This document shows, one piece after another, positions 48,188-58,322 of a stretch of 64,000 nucleotides of DNA. The position numbers were made by a program, and so were the translations under genes. Below the pieces are notes generated by a model. That model was not told the origin of the DNA. It saw nothing but the letters and a program-made list of their open reading frames with translations, and ran no database searches. The DNA is from an uncultured bacterium. GTDB lineage: Bacteria > Patescibacteriota > Minisyncoccia > UBA6257 > 2-01-FULL-56-20. The DNA lies in assembly GCA_963807165.1 (NCBI GenBank), contig CAWDZM010000004.1, forward strand, positions 2,670-66,669, written 5' to 3'. Numbering within the stretch: position 1 is the first letter of the stretch; each line of letters opens with the position of its first letter.

Positions 48188-48310
48188 GTTGCGTGATCAT
48201 CCGTCAAAACGTGATGATCCGCCTGAGCAGTTTTCCTCGGTGGATGTCATACTGCATTTTCAGAGAGCAATCTATTTCGTTGCGTGATCATCCGTCAAAA
48301 CGTGATGATC
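48188..48310. promoter_or_regulatory. Two copies of a 33-bp direct repeat, each with internal dyad symmetry (TGATCATC-N10-TGATGATC), in the LysM operon upstream region: candidate operator sites
   Basis: cgttgcgtgatcatccgtcaaaacgtgatgatc at 48188-48219 and 48278-48310. Confidence 0.5.
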
Positions 48311-48369
48311 TGCTTCGAAATATATCTACTCAGTGAAATATTCAGACAGATCTCTGGGTTGGAGGGGAG

Positions 48370-49299
48370 TTAGTTTACGGCGCCGGATTGAAGGAATTTC
48401 TGTGTGCTGAAGTCTGGACCCGTAATAAGTCCCTCGTTGAGGGGCATCGGAATCGACTTCGGCTTCGACGTCGGTTCAGGCGAACTCGGTTTCTTGAGAC
48501 CCAATATCCCTGCCGCATGTTTGGGCAAATCTTCAAGTCTCAAAGTTTTTTCTTCGCCGTTGTAGTAGACTCTGGGGAATTGATTCTCCAGGGGCTTACT
48601 CGTATCGAAGACCGCGATGTATCCGCTCACTTCTCCACCTTCCCCGAAACCCTTTTGAGGGTTCTTGGGTAGGTCGTACGTGAATGGAACGCGGTGATCG
48701 CCGTTCGGATCCTTTTCCAGTAATTCCTGGCAGGTTTTCCTTAGCCCGATCACGCCTAGGTACACTATTCCCTTCGGTGCGCTTTCAACCTTCGCGAGGC
48801 GTTGCTTTAACTCTTCGACGGTCTCGCGATGGTGGCTCGCCTCGATCTCCGCATGTTTGCGGATTTTTTTCAGCAGGTACCATACGCCGAAGCCGGTTGC
48901 GAGTGTCAGAAGTAATACGGTTATCGTGACAATCGCCACAGTCGACCAAAGAGCCGACGTGGTTGCTTTTGTCCCGGCAATCGATTTTTCGAGAGATTTC
49001 TCAGTGCTTCTGGTTGTCTGGATGGCATCGTCCTGCTCGGACTGATGGTCCGCGATGGCGCCAGCGAGTTTGGCTTGGCCATCCTTGATGCTTTTAACGT
49101 CGCTCTTCACGCCGTCGATCTTGCCATTCACAGTTCTGAGCTGGCGCCCCAGCACCTTTTGCTGGGACTTCACCGACTGCAAATCCTGTTGTGTGACAGG
49201 GGCCGATGAGTTGATGTTGCTGTTTTGGGCGCTGACGAGGGTTGAAGAACCCATCGTCAAGAGGAGGAGCGTAAGCAAAGTGCTGACGATGTTTTTCAT
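48370..49299 (-). CDS. Hypothetical bitopic membrane protein with extracytoplasmic coiled coil
   Basis: Signal peptide (MKNIVSTLLTLLLLTMGSSTLVSA), coiled coil, TM helix (WSTVAIVTITVLLLTLATGFGVWYLL), cytoplasmic C-terminal domain. Confidence 0.4.
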   Translation of the reverse strand: MKNIVSTLLTLLLLTMGSSTLVSAQNSNINSSAPVTQQDLQSVKSQQKVLGRQLRTVNGKIDGVKSDVKSIKDGQAKLAGAIADHQSEQDDAIQTTRSTEKSLEKSIAGTKATTSALWSTVAIVTITVLLLTLATGFGVWYLLKKIRKHAEIEASHHRETVEELKQRLAKVESAPKGIVYLGVIGLRKTCQELLEKDPNGDHRVPFTYDLPKNPQKGFGEGGEVSGYIAVFDTSKPLENQFPRVYYNGEEKTLRLEDLPKHAAGILGLKKPSSPEPTSKPKSIPMPLNEGLITGPDFSTQKFLQSGAVN

Positions 49300-49571
49300 G
49301 ACTCTCCTTATTCTGAACTTTGAATTTGACAACGTACTGCTCTTGTATTCGCAGGGGGCTTTCTCGGCCCCCAGCGAGTGAGGTATATATATCATAGTTT
49401 AATTTAAATGTCAACAGTCTGGACGCCCAAACCCTTGCATTTTTTCACTCTTTATGATATAACCAGGGGAGTTAGTTTTGTTCACATAGCACCTTGTCAA
49501 CCACATTTTTTTGGCTCTTTTACATTTTTTTAACTAAAGAGTCGAAAAAATAAATAACAATTAAATATCGA

Positions 49572-52500
49572 ATGAAAAAAATCATTCAGAAGAAATTATC
49601 CGTTGTGGCATTTCTTGGGGCATTTGCCTTGGGTTCCGTCATGATGGGAGGCAGTTTTTCTTCGGCTCCGATTGCGCACGCTGCAGGTCTTTCGTCTTGC
49701 TCCGTCGCCACTGCGATGTCCGATACCGTGAGCGATGCGAACCCAAAGACGGGCGAGACGATCACGTATACCTTGGAAGGTGCACCGGCATTCACCGCGT
49801 CGACAACCATCACGGTCACCGATACGTTGGGCACGGGGCTTACCTTCGTTTCCGAAACCCCTTCAGTGGGAACCTATTCCAGTTCTACTGGAACGTGGAG
49901 CGTGGGAACGTTGAACGGCGCTTCGTTCATCTCGCTTGCCATCACGGCAACGGTGAACGCGAATGCTACGGGAACGATCGTCAATACTCCGAGCATCAAT
50001 TATGTTCAGAGCAATTGCACGCAAAGTTCCGCGGCAGGATCGGCGACGATCACCATTCAGGCAGCGCCGGTAATCGTCACTCCGACGAGTACACCGACGT
50101 CAACCATCCCTTCTACTGCCGACCTCTCGATCAGCAAGACCGCTGATGTGACCTCGACAATCGAAGGTGGCACGGTAAATTATACGGTCACCGTGACCAA
50201 CCTCAGCAGCTCGACGACTTCAACTGACGTTGTTGCTACTGATACATTGCCTCTCGGACTTACGTTTGAAGATGCAACGGCTTCGGCCAGCACTTCATAC
50301 GCAAGCTCAACAGGCACGTGGACGATCGGCGAACTTTCGCCGAACTCTACAGCGACGCTTGATATCGCTGCGTTGGTGAATGCGAGTACCACCGGTACCA
50401 TCACGAATACCGCGACCGTCTCTGCGAGCACCACTGATTCGAACACCGCGAACAACAGTTCCAGCGCTTCGATCGTGGTAACGCCGAACGCGCCGAGCCC
50501 TTGTTCTTTGTCGGCCAGCGAATTTGAGGCTGACATAAACAACGGCACGATCATAGCAGGCAACATTGTGCTCAACAACGCGAGTGGCACTGCGTCGTTC
50601 ACCATCGTGAACGGCACTCAGTGCACCGCACCGATCAGTCTTGCGTCTTACAAAATGTTCGTCGCACCCGGAGGCCCGCAATGGCTTTCAGTGCAACAGC
50701 TTATTGATTCGACCTCGACCTCGGCGCTTTCTGCCAGTTCAACGACGACGTTCGTCGTGAATATCGCACCGTGCATGACCCAGGTAGACGCCTTTTATGG
50801 GCCGGTACCTGCCATGCCGCTCGTTGATAACACCGCACTCTATAACTATCCAAACGTTCCGTACTTACTCGCATGGACATGGACCAATACTCCTCTCTGT
50901 GCAGTAACCCCTTCCGCCGATCTCTCGATCAGCAAGACCGCTGACGTGACCTCGACGACCGAAGGCGGCACGGTCAACTACACCGTCGCCGTAAAGGACC
51001 TTGGTCCTGCGACATCGACCGATGTCATCGCGACCGATACCTTGCCCTCAACGCTTACCTTTGTTTCAGCAACTACGTCGGAAGGCTTCTACGCGAGCTC
51101 GACAGGAATCTGGACAATCGGTGACATGAGCGCAAGTTCAACCGCAACGCTTACCATCGCCGCAAAGGTGAACACGGGAACTGCAAGTTCTACGATCACG
51201 AACACGGCGTCGGTAGCGGAGTCCGCCAGCACCACCGATCCGAACCTCGCGAACAACAGTTCGAGCGTATCGGTGGCGGTGGCACCGAACGTGTGCACGG
51301 TTAATTGTGGAGGCGGCTCTACAAATGCCGACATCGCGATCGCAAAGATCGCTGATGTGACCTCGACCGTTGAAGGTGGCACTGTCCATTACGCGATCAC
51401 CGTGACCGCAAATGGTCCGCTTCCTTCGACCAACGTTGTAGCAACAGACACGTTGCCTTTGGGTTTGACGTTTGAGAATGCAACGGCTTCGGCCAGCACC
51501 TCGTACGCAAGTTCAACGGGCACGTGGACGATCGGCACACTTGGGCCGAACGCAACGGCGACGCTCGACATCGAGGCAACCGTGAATCCGAGCGCAAGCT
51601 CGACGATCACAAACACCGCGACGGTGAGCGAATCCTCGACGTTGACCGATACGAATCTGTCCAATAACAGTTCCTCGGTGACGGTCGTGGTGACGCCGAA
51701 CGTGTGCACGAGCGATTGCATAGGCGGCACGGATGCCGACCTTGCAGTTGCAAAGACGGTAGATAACGCGAACCCTGCGGTCGGCGATACGGTGCATTAC
51801 ACCGTCACCGTCACCGACAACGGTCCTGCGGAATCGACCTTCGTCCATGCGACCGATCAATTGCCAAGCGGATTGGGATTTGTTTCCGCAACCACATCGC
51901 AGGGATCATATAATATGACCACCGGCGATTGGAACATCGGAACGATCTCCCCGAACGCGACGGCAACACTGACCATGGCCGCGTTGGTTGAACCCGGCGA
52001 TGCCGGAGTTGCACTCGTGAACACCGCGAGCGTGGCTTCGCAGCTTAGCTCGTGGATCGACGGCAACCTTGCCAACAACAGTTCTTCGGTAACGGTCAAC
52101 GTTCAGTCGGCCGGCTGCACGAGTAACTGCGGCGGCGGGGGAGGGGGCGGTGGCGGCAGTGTTCAATCGAACATCGCCATCGTGAAGACGGTGGATGACA
52201 GCACTCCGGCAACGGGCGCGATCATTCATTACACCCTGACCGTGACCGATTCTGGTCCGTCCGATTCATTCGGCGTAACCGCATCGGACATATTGCCCGC
52301 AGGCGTCACCTTTGATTCAGCATCCTCTTCGGAAGGCTCCTACGTGAGCTCGACGGGGGTCTGGACGATCGGTGCAATCGCTGACGGACAATCCGCAACG
52401 CTTGTAATCACCGCAACGGTGAACGCAGCGGGCGGAACGACCATCACGAATACCGGTACTGTTTCTGAAAACCCAGGCATCATCAATGCAACGCCGGGGA

Positions 52501-52967
52501 ATGCTTCCTCGAGCGTGAGCATCACTGTTGCCGGTGGCAATGGAGGTGGTGGCGGTAACAACAGTGGTGGTGGAGGAGGCGGTGGCGAAGTGCTCGGCGC
52601 AAGCACGAGTACGGGCCAGGTTCTCGGCGCAAGCTGCGGACTCTACCTTACCTCTTACATCCATCCGTTCCGTCAGAGTCTGAATGACCCGACGCAGGTA
52701 AAGAAACTCCAAACGTTCTTGAATATGAACCTTGGATTGAACTTGCCGGTGACGGGCGTCTATAATGCGGCGACGATCGCCGCAGTGAATCAGTTCCAGG
52801 TGAAGTATCACATCGAAGTACTCGCGCCGTGGCTCCCGTTGGGACTCCCGACGCAGTTCACTCCGACCAGCTACGTTTATCAAACGACGCAGCGCTGGAT
52901 CAATCTCATCATGTGCCCGCCGCTCAACTTGCCGGTTCCGGCGTTGAAGGTGGACAATGGTGAATAA
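49572..52967 (+). CDS. Large cell-surface protein: signal peptide, six DUF11-type 'conserved repeat' domains, poly-Gly linkers, C-terminal peptidoglycan-binding-like domain
   Basis: Repeats begin ADLSISKTADVTST.EGGTVNYTV.V.N.G...T.VVATDTLP.GLTF. GGGGGGGGGG runs. C-terminal ...KLQTFLNMNLGLNLPVTGVYNAATIAAVNQFQ resembles PG_binding_1. Confidence 0.65.
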   Translation: MKKIIQKKLSVVAFLGAFALGSVMMGGSFSSAPIAHAAGLSSCSVATAMSDTVSDANPKTGETITYTLEGAPAFTASTTITVTDTLGTGLTFVSETPSVGTYSSSTGTWSVGTLNGASFISLAITATVNANATGTIVNTPSINYVQSNCTQSSAAGSATITIQAAPVIVTPTSTPTSTIPSTADLSISKTADVTSTIEGGTVNYTVTVTNLSSSTTSTDVVATDTLPLGLTFEDATASASTSYASSTGTWTIGELSPNSTATLDIAALVNASTTGTITNTATVSASTTDSNTANNSSSASIVVTPNAPSPCSLSASEFEADINNGTIIAGNIVLNNASGTASFTIVNGTQCTAPISLASYKMFVAPGGPQWLSVQQLIDSTSTSALSASSTTTFVVNIAPCMTQVDAFYGPVPAMPLVDNTALYNYPNVPYLLAWTWTNTPLCAVTPSADLSISKTADVTSTTEGGTVNYTVAVKDLGPATSTDVIATDTLPSTLTFVSATTSEGFYASSTGIWTIGDMSASSTATLTIAAKVNTGTASSTITNTASVAESASTTDPNLANNSSSVSVAVAPNVCTVNCGGGSTNADIAIAKIADVTSTVEGGTVHYAITVTANGPLPSTNVVATDTLPLGLTFENATASASTSYASSTGTWTIGTLGPNATATLDIEATVNPSASSTITNTATVSESSTLTDTNLSNNSSSVTVVVTPNVCTSDCIGGTDADLAVAKTVDNANPAVGDTVHYTVTVTDNGPAESTFVHATDQLPSGLGFVSATTSQGSYNMTTGDWNIGTISPNATATLTMAALVEPGDAGVALVNTASVASQLSSWIDGNLANNSSSVTVNVQSAGCTSNCGGGGGGGGGSVQSNIAIVKTVDDSTPATGAIIHYTLTVTDSGPSDSFGVTASDILPAGVTFDSASSSEGSYVSSTGVWTIGAIADGQSATLVITATVNAAGGTTITNTGTVSENPGIINATPGNASSSVSITVAGGNGGGGGNNSGGGGGGGEVLGASTSTGQVLGASCGLYLTSYIHPFRQSLNDPTQVKKLQTFLNMNLGLNLPVTGVYNAATIAAVNQFQVKYHIEVLAPWLPLGLPTQFTPTSYVYQTTQRWINLIMCPPLNLPVPALKVDNGE
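50118..52560 (+). repeat. Tandem coding repeats (about 400 nt each, five copies after a more divergent first copy) encoding the DUF11 domains
   Basis: Recurrent nucleotide blocks such as ctctcgatcagcaagaccgctgatgtgacctcgac at 50124 and 50930, and acgtttgaa(g/a)atgcaacggcttcggccagcac at 50262 and 51466. Confidence 0.6.
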
Positions 52968-52975
52968 CCTTTTTC

Positions 52976-53012
52976 ACGCACAATACCCCTGTACAAACAG
53001 GGGTATTGTGTT
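52976..53012 (+). terminator. Perfect hairpin terminator after the DUF11 gene
   Basis: cacaatacccctgt-acaa-acaggggtattgtg followed by T-rich tract; TGATATAAT extended -10 downstream for the CAP gene. Confidence 0.6.
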
Positions 53013-53042
53013 ATAAGGGGGAATATGATATAATATAGCTAT

Positions 53043-54197
53043 ATGAAAAAGGCTCGCAGGGCATTTAAAAAATATTTCATTCCTCAGGAAGAGAACGAGA
53101 ATCGTCCGCACATATTGCGTCCGCAGATGATTGCGTTCGTCGTCATGGTGGTGCTCGTTGCGGAGTCCGCGTTTGTATTCGGCGCAAAGTATATCGCTCC
53201 GCAATCGAAGCTGTTCGGCATCGTTGAAGTGAACGCGCTTATTGATGAGACGAATCAGAATCGCGTGTCGAACGGATTGCCCGATCTTCAGGTGAGTCCA
53301 CTACTCCAGGCGGCGGCGCAGGCGAAGGCGAATGACGAGGCGACGCTTGGATATTTTGCGCACACGAGCCCGCAGGGACTCACGCCGTGGTATTGGTTCC
53401 AGCAGGTTGGATACAATTTTGATTATGCAGGAGAAAACCTTGCGGTAAATTTTTCTGACTCGCAGGATGTGACGACCGCGTGGATGAATTCGCCGGAGCA
53501 TCGCGCAAATATTTTGAGCGACAATTTTACGCAGATCGGCATCGCTACCGCGCAGGGCGTCTATAATGGTGAACCTACCACATTCGTGGTGGAGGAATTT
53601 GGCGCGCCCGCTCCGGCCGCATCGCCGGTGGCGTTTGTAGATACTGCGAATGCCGCGACGGCGCCGGTTGTTGTGCCAACGCCTGCGTCTACACCCGCAC
53701 CCGTCACTCATCCGTCCGCTCCGGTAAAGACCATCACACCTGCACCCGCGCCCGCCAAGAAATCGACTTTCGTCCAACCGGCGCCAGTGGCGCAAGTACC
53801 CGTTATCGTTGCGATGGAAAATGCTACCGACACGAATATGCAGCAGTCGTTCGTAGCAGTGAAAGGTGCTTCGACGCAGACCGTTCCGACGACGCCGGGT
53901 ACGGTGACGAACGTTGCGCTCTCGCCGACGACTGCGACCCCTCCGTTGCCGAGTGCTTCTCTTGCGCCACAGAGCAATGTCATACAGCGCATCCTCTCCG
54001 ATCCAAAAGCACTGGCAAATGATTTTTATCTTTTCTTAATGGTGCTCTTCCTGTTCGCGCTTGTACTGAATACATTTGTTAACATCCGCGTGCAATATCC
54101 GCGGCTTATCGCCGGCGGCCTCGTGGTTATTGTGGTCGCGGGGTTGTGCATTATTTTGAACCAGAACATCGGGTTTTTACACACGGTGATCTTATAA
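53043..54197 (+). CDS. CAP/SCP (PR-1-like, YkwD-type) domain secreted protein with Pro/Thr-rich linker and C-terminal TM anchor
   Basis: NQNRVSNGLPDL...GENLAVNFSDSQDVTTAWMNSPEHRANIL...GVYNGEPTTFVVEEF matches CAP-domain conserved blocks; C-terminal hydrophobic helix. Confidence 0.65.
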   Translation: MKKARRAFKKYFIPQEENENRPHILRPQMIAFVVMVVLVAESAFVFGAKYIAPQSKLFGIVEVNALIDETNQNRVSNGLPDLQVSPLLQAAAQAKANDEATLGYFAHTSPQGLTPWYWFQQVGYNFDYAGENLAVNFSDSQDVTTAWMNSPEHRANILSDNFTQIGIATAQGVYNGEPTTFVVEEFGAPAPAASPVAFVDTANAATAPVVVPTPASTPAPVTHPSAPVKTITPAPAPAKKSTFVQPAPVAQVPVIVAMENATDTNMQQSFVAVKGASTQTVPTTPGTVTNVALSPTTATPPLPSASLAPQSNVIQRILSDPKALANDFYLFLMVLFLFALVLNTFVNIRVQYPRLIAGGLVVIVVAGLCIILNQNIGFLHTVIL

Positions 54198-54588
54198 ATA
54201 AAAAAAAGGGCGCTTTCGATATGTTGAAAGCGTCCGTTGGTCTTTGTGGTCAATCAGCTATGCCGGCTTTTGCGATGTTTTTTGTTCATTCGCTCTGCGG
54301 ATAGATTCAGATACTTCTCTTTGCTGAGCTATGGCTTCGGCCGCGGTAGGAATGCCACTCGCAAGGCATCTTTGATAATCACGTCTACGTTCTTCGCTCC
54401 CAATCAACAGTGCGATTGGGGTAAGGGCGTCAGTGATCATGGTTAACTCCTTTAAGATATGGAATGTTTTGAGCTAGGATTATTGTAGCGAGAATAGAGC
54501 GATTTGTGAATATCCGTGCACTGGTTGCGGCGGTATTTTTTTTGCCGTAAGATTCAGACAACAATCCTCGCGTATATTACACACGGCA

Positions 54589-56411
54589 ATGCCATCGTCC
54601 ACCACGGAACTCATTAAAGGCAAGCTCGACATCGTGGATTTCCTCCGCGGCTATTTGACGCTCACGCCGGCGGGCAAAAACTTCAAGGCGCTCTGCCCGT
54701 TCCACAGCGAGAAGTCGCCGTCGTTCAGCATCTCGCCGGAGCGTCAGCGGTTCCATTGTTTTGGTTGTGGCGCGGACGGCGACATCTTCGGCTTCGTGAT
54801 GAAGTACGAGAACATGGAGTTCGGCGAGGCGCTGCGCATGCTCGCGGAAAAAGCAGGCGTGGAATTGAAGCACGAAAATCCTGCGGAGTATCGCTTTACC
54901 GGATTGCTCTATGACCTGAACGATCGCGCCAAGGATTTTTATAAACGCTCGCTCAGCGCCGCGCCGATCGTCAAGCAATATCTGGCGGAGCGCGGGCTGA
55001 CGCCAACGACTATAGAAGAGTTTGAGCTCGGATGGGCGCCGAACGAACCGGAGGCGCTGTCCATGCATTTGCTGAACAACGGCGCCGCGCCGCAGGATTT
55101 ATTGCAAGCGGGATTGTCTATTAAGACGGAGCGGGGGATGATGCTCGACCGGTTCCGCGGTCGCGTCATGTTCCCGATTCACAATCATCTTGGCAAGGTG
55201 GTCGGCTTTACCGGCCGCATCCTTCCGCAGTTCGATACGTCAAACGATCCGAAGGCCACGTACGTCACAGCAAAATATGTGAACAGTCCGGAGACGCCGA
55301 TCTTCCAAAAATCAAAATTGCTCTACGGATTTTGGAAAAGCAAAGACGCGATCCGCGAAGCGAAGGCCGCGGTGCTCGTGGAGGGCCAGATGGATTTTTT
55401 GATGAGCTACCAGAGCGGCGTGCGCAACGTGATCGCGTCGTCCGGCACGGCGCTCACCGCGGACCACTTGCGTTCAGTGCATCGCTTGGCGGACGAGATC
55501 GTGCTGTGTTTTGATCCGACGTTGCCGGTTCCGACGCCGCCGAGCGCGCGATCGACCTGGCCGAAGCGAACGACTTTGCGGTGAAGGTGGCGACGTACCG
55601 CGGTTTCAAAGACGCCGCCGAGGCGGCAAAGGCGGATCCGGCAAACGTGGCGCAGACGGTTGCCGCTGCAGTCTCCGCGCCCATATTTTATTTTGAGAAA
55701 TATTTACCGCCGGTCGGCGCCGGTGGTGCATCGTCCGATCCCAGTGCATTACAGACGCGGGAGGGTCTCAACAAGCTACGTACGGTGTTACTCAAGCTTC
55801 GCAACATCGCGAGCCCAGTGGAGCGCGATTATTGGATGAAGGAGTTGGCAAAGCGTACCGGTGTGGATGAGGCGACGCTCAAAGCAGAGGGAGAAAAATC
55901 TGCGACGGAGCAGTACGCATCGTCTAATGCCATTACTACAAACGCGACAGGCGGTGGTCAAGACGATCAAACCCCCAAGCGCCAAGTCTCACGACAGGAG
56001 CTCATCGCCGAAGATCTTCTCGCACTCGCACTCGCGCGCAACGATTTCGCGTTCATAGAAGAGTGCGTAACATTCTTTACTCCAACACAAAAAGAACTAT
56101 TCACTCTATTAAAGAGTGGCAAGCGAAAAAGCGATGATGCCGCACTCGACGCCATCGTGAACCTTATTGTACTACGCGACCCGACGGTTATCGGCGGACT
56201 TTCCGGCGAGGACCTTGCGGTATTAAAAGAGGGTCTTGCGAAGGAATATTATAAAGAGCGGCGGCACATCCTTTCGCTCGCAGTGCGCAATGCCGAGGCG
56301 CACGGGAATCAAGCTGAACTTAATGCCGCACTCGCGGAACTCACCAAGTTACCGGAGGAGGGGAGGGATAGGATTCGACCGAAAACGATATATATTTTAA
56401 AAATGTGTTAG
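54589..56411 (+). CDS. dnaG: DNA primase; reading frame interrupted by one apparent -1 frameshift near 55517 (after ...IVLCFD)
   Basis: CHC2 zinc finger (CPFHSEKSPSFSISPERQRFHCFGCGADGD), RNA-pol domain, TOPRIM (AVLVEGQMDFL...IVLCFD | SDVAGSDAAERAIDLAE continues in the next frame as ORF 55581-56411). Confidence 0.8.
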
Positions 56412-56544
56412 AAAGTTACTTTTTATGGACAATCTGAAGGATGAAAAACCCTTTAAGTGACCTTTTAAACACTTTCCCCAATGCATACTCAAAAGTAAGA
56501 GTTGCTGTTTATGGTTTAAAGGCAGTGACCATTCGAATGCAAAA

Positions 56545-57162
56545 ATGGGAACCGCATTTATGATTTCCCCGGGCATTTGAGTAACAGCGGCCCACCTGAT
56601 GCATAATGGCGATTTTACAAAGGCGAGACATACACAATTTTTGGTTATCAGGGCTCCCGAAATCGGAACAACCACCCTAGAAACTTGTACTTTTATAGCA
56701 GAGGATATTACGCGAGATATTGCTTTGCTTAAAATCGTGAACCCACGATCAAATTCTTCAGTGCAATTAGAAATATCAAAAATTCGCGTCGGGACATCTT
56801 GTGGCTCGATGGGTTTTCCACTATCAAATTTAAATGCCACAACCGGCGCTTTTGAATTAACCGAAAGATTTCAAGGAGCTAATATATCTGGATATCTTCC
56901 TTTAATTGCGGGGCAACCAAGATTTTCATACGAAACAGATTCCTTAATGTACCCTGGTTCTAGTGGTTCCCCTGGATTTCTTATTAACGGTAAAGTTTTT
57001 GGCTTACATAATCAGTCTCATCCGCATCAGGCTTTGCCAGGAGCAAATACAGCAACTGATAGAGTGGCAATTTCACGTTGGGTTCCCGCCGAGGACCTTG
57101 CTCTCTTTGCAAAAGATAATGGGATAGTTTTGAATAATACATATGAAACTAAAAGATCTTGA
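56545..57162 (+). pseudogene. Trypsin-like (S1) serine protease with in-frame TGA at 56578-56580 inside the His-box region (MGTAFMISPGI*VTAAHL)
   Basis: TAAH (His box) located between the TGA and the first downstream ATG; DIALLK (Asp box) and PGSSGSPGF (GDSGGP-like Ser box) downstream; AT-rich context. Confidence 0.45.
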
Positions 57163-57664
57163 TGAAGAGCGCGGGCGTATCATAGTACATTTATTGCGTA
57201 GAAACCGCAATAAGTATGATAATCGCGAAGCACTACTTAGGTAATTCTTCAAGCAAGAAGTTGATTTTCTCTTAAACGTACTAGGAAATGATCAATGCAC
57301 CTTTGCTTTTAAGAGAAACGTATTCATTCATATTTTGAGAGTGGATAATCTTAATGAGTCTTATATGGAAGAAATCAATAGATTGAATAATCTAAGGAAT
57401 ACATTTGCCCACCGACAGCACGTTACGTTTGATAATCCCCAAACCCAAGAGTCGGAGATTTATTTCACTAATCCTAAATTTCCCCTAGATAGAAGTAAAA
57501 ATATTTCAGCGGAAGATCTAAAAAAAGAATTTGATTCTCTTTGGCCCGACGTAATAAATTGGCTCTATAATATGGGACTTGCAAAGGGCATCCCTCTTCC
57601 CTCTGTTTCCAAACAAGATGCATTAAATACTCCGACTGGTACCCACGGGGAGGTTCAAGTATAA
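57143..57664 (+). pseudogene. Abi_2 (AbiD/AbiF)-like HEPN-motif protein, tentative; single ORF interrupted by an in-frame TAA at about 57242
   Basis: MKLKDLDEERGRIIVHLLRRNRNKYDNREALLR*FFKQEVDFLLNV... in one frame; contains LRNTFAHRQH (R-x4-H HEPN / Abi_2 RNxxAH motif). Confidence 0.3.
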
Positions 57665-57700
57665 ATCTCGGCAAATAGTTTTTTTTGCTATCATATACCC

Positions 57701-58261
57701 ATGCGAAACATATTTCTTTTTATGATGGTGAGCGTGGACGGCTACTTCGAGGCGCCGAACCACGACCTGTCGTGGCACAACGTGGATGCGGAGTTCGAAG
57801 CGTTTGTGCACGAGCAGAACACGAGCGCGCTCATCGACACAATCCTGATGGGTCATCGGACGTACGACTTGATGGCGAGCGTGTGGCCGAAGCTGGAGGG
57901 GATGGAAATGGATCCGGAAACCGCGCTGTTCATGAACAAGACGCCGAAACTCATTGCGACAAACGCGCCGTTCACGCCGGAGTGGGAGCACACGAGCATC
58001 GTGAGCGGAAACGTGGTGGACGAGATCGCAAAACTCAAGGCCCAACCCGGCAAGGACATCATCATTCTGGGAAGCAACATACTGTGCGTGAGTCTTATGG
58101 AAAAAGATCTCGTGGATGAATTCCGACTGATGGTGAACCCGGTTGCGCTTGGCGATGGCACGCCGCTCTTTGCCGGACTCTCAAGGCGGGTAAAACTTAC
58201 GCGCACCAAGACCCACGAGTTCAAATCGGGGAATGTGCTGAACTATTATCGGAGGGCGTAG
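57701..58261 (+). CDS. Dihydrofolate reductase family protein (RibD C-terminal-like / YwjB-type)
   Basis: MRNIFLFMMVSVDGYFEAPNHDLSWH... and C-terminal NPVALGDGTPLF fit the bacterial bifunctional deaminase-reductase C-terminal domain. Confidence 0.6.
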   Translation: MRNIFLFMMVSVDGYFEAPNHDLSWHNVDAEFEAFVHEQNTSALIDTILMGHRTYDLMASVWPKLEGMEMDPETALFMNKTPKLIATNAPFTPEWEHTSIVSGNVVDEIAKLKAQPGKDIIILGSNILCVSLMEKDLVDEFRLMVNPVALGDGTPLFAGLSRRVKLTRTKTHEFKSGNVLNYYRRA

Positions 58262-58322
58262 GGAGCAAGTGCGTCCCTTGCAAATCGGTAATAAGTAGTC
58301 AGATAATAGCGTATATATTCTT

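Noticed and set aside
50118-52560. Tandem ~400-nt repeats considered as a possible CRISPR array or non-coding satellite
   Set aside because: The repeats are far longer than CRISPR repeats, have no unique spacers, and lie in one continuous reading frame encoding DUF11 domains.
56578-56580. Possibility of an alternative genetic code (TGA as sense codon, as in some CPR lineages) suggested by the in-frame TGA inside the protease His-box region
   Set aside because: TGA cleanly terminates at least five other ORFs here (e.g. 8641-9564, 15848-16243, 30118-30495, 40005-40256, 47053-48117), and long conserved genes (rpoBC, lepA, gatB, alaS) contain no in-frame TGA. This fits standard code 11 with TGA simply the rarest stop, so the protease is more likely a pseudogene.
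57163-57334. Looked for integrase, tRNA-adjacent att sites or IS transposase flanking the AT-rich island between dnaG and rpoD
   Set aside because: No integrase/transposase-like ORF or direct repeats were found; the island is flagged on composition and disrupted genes only.
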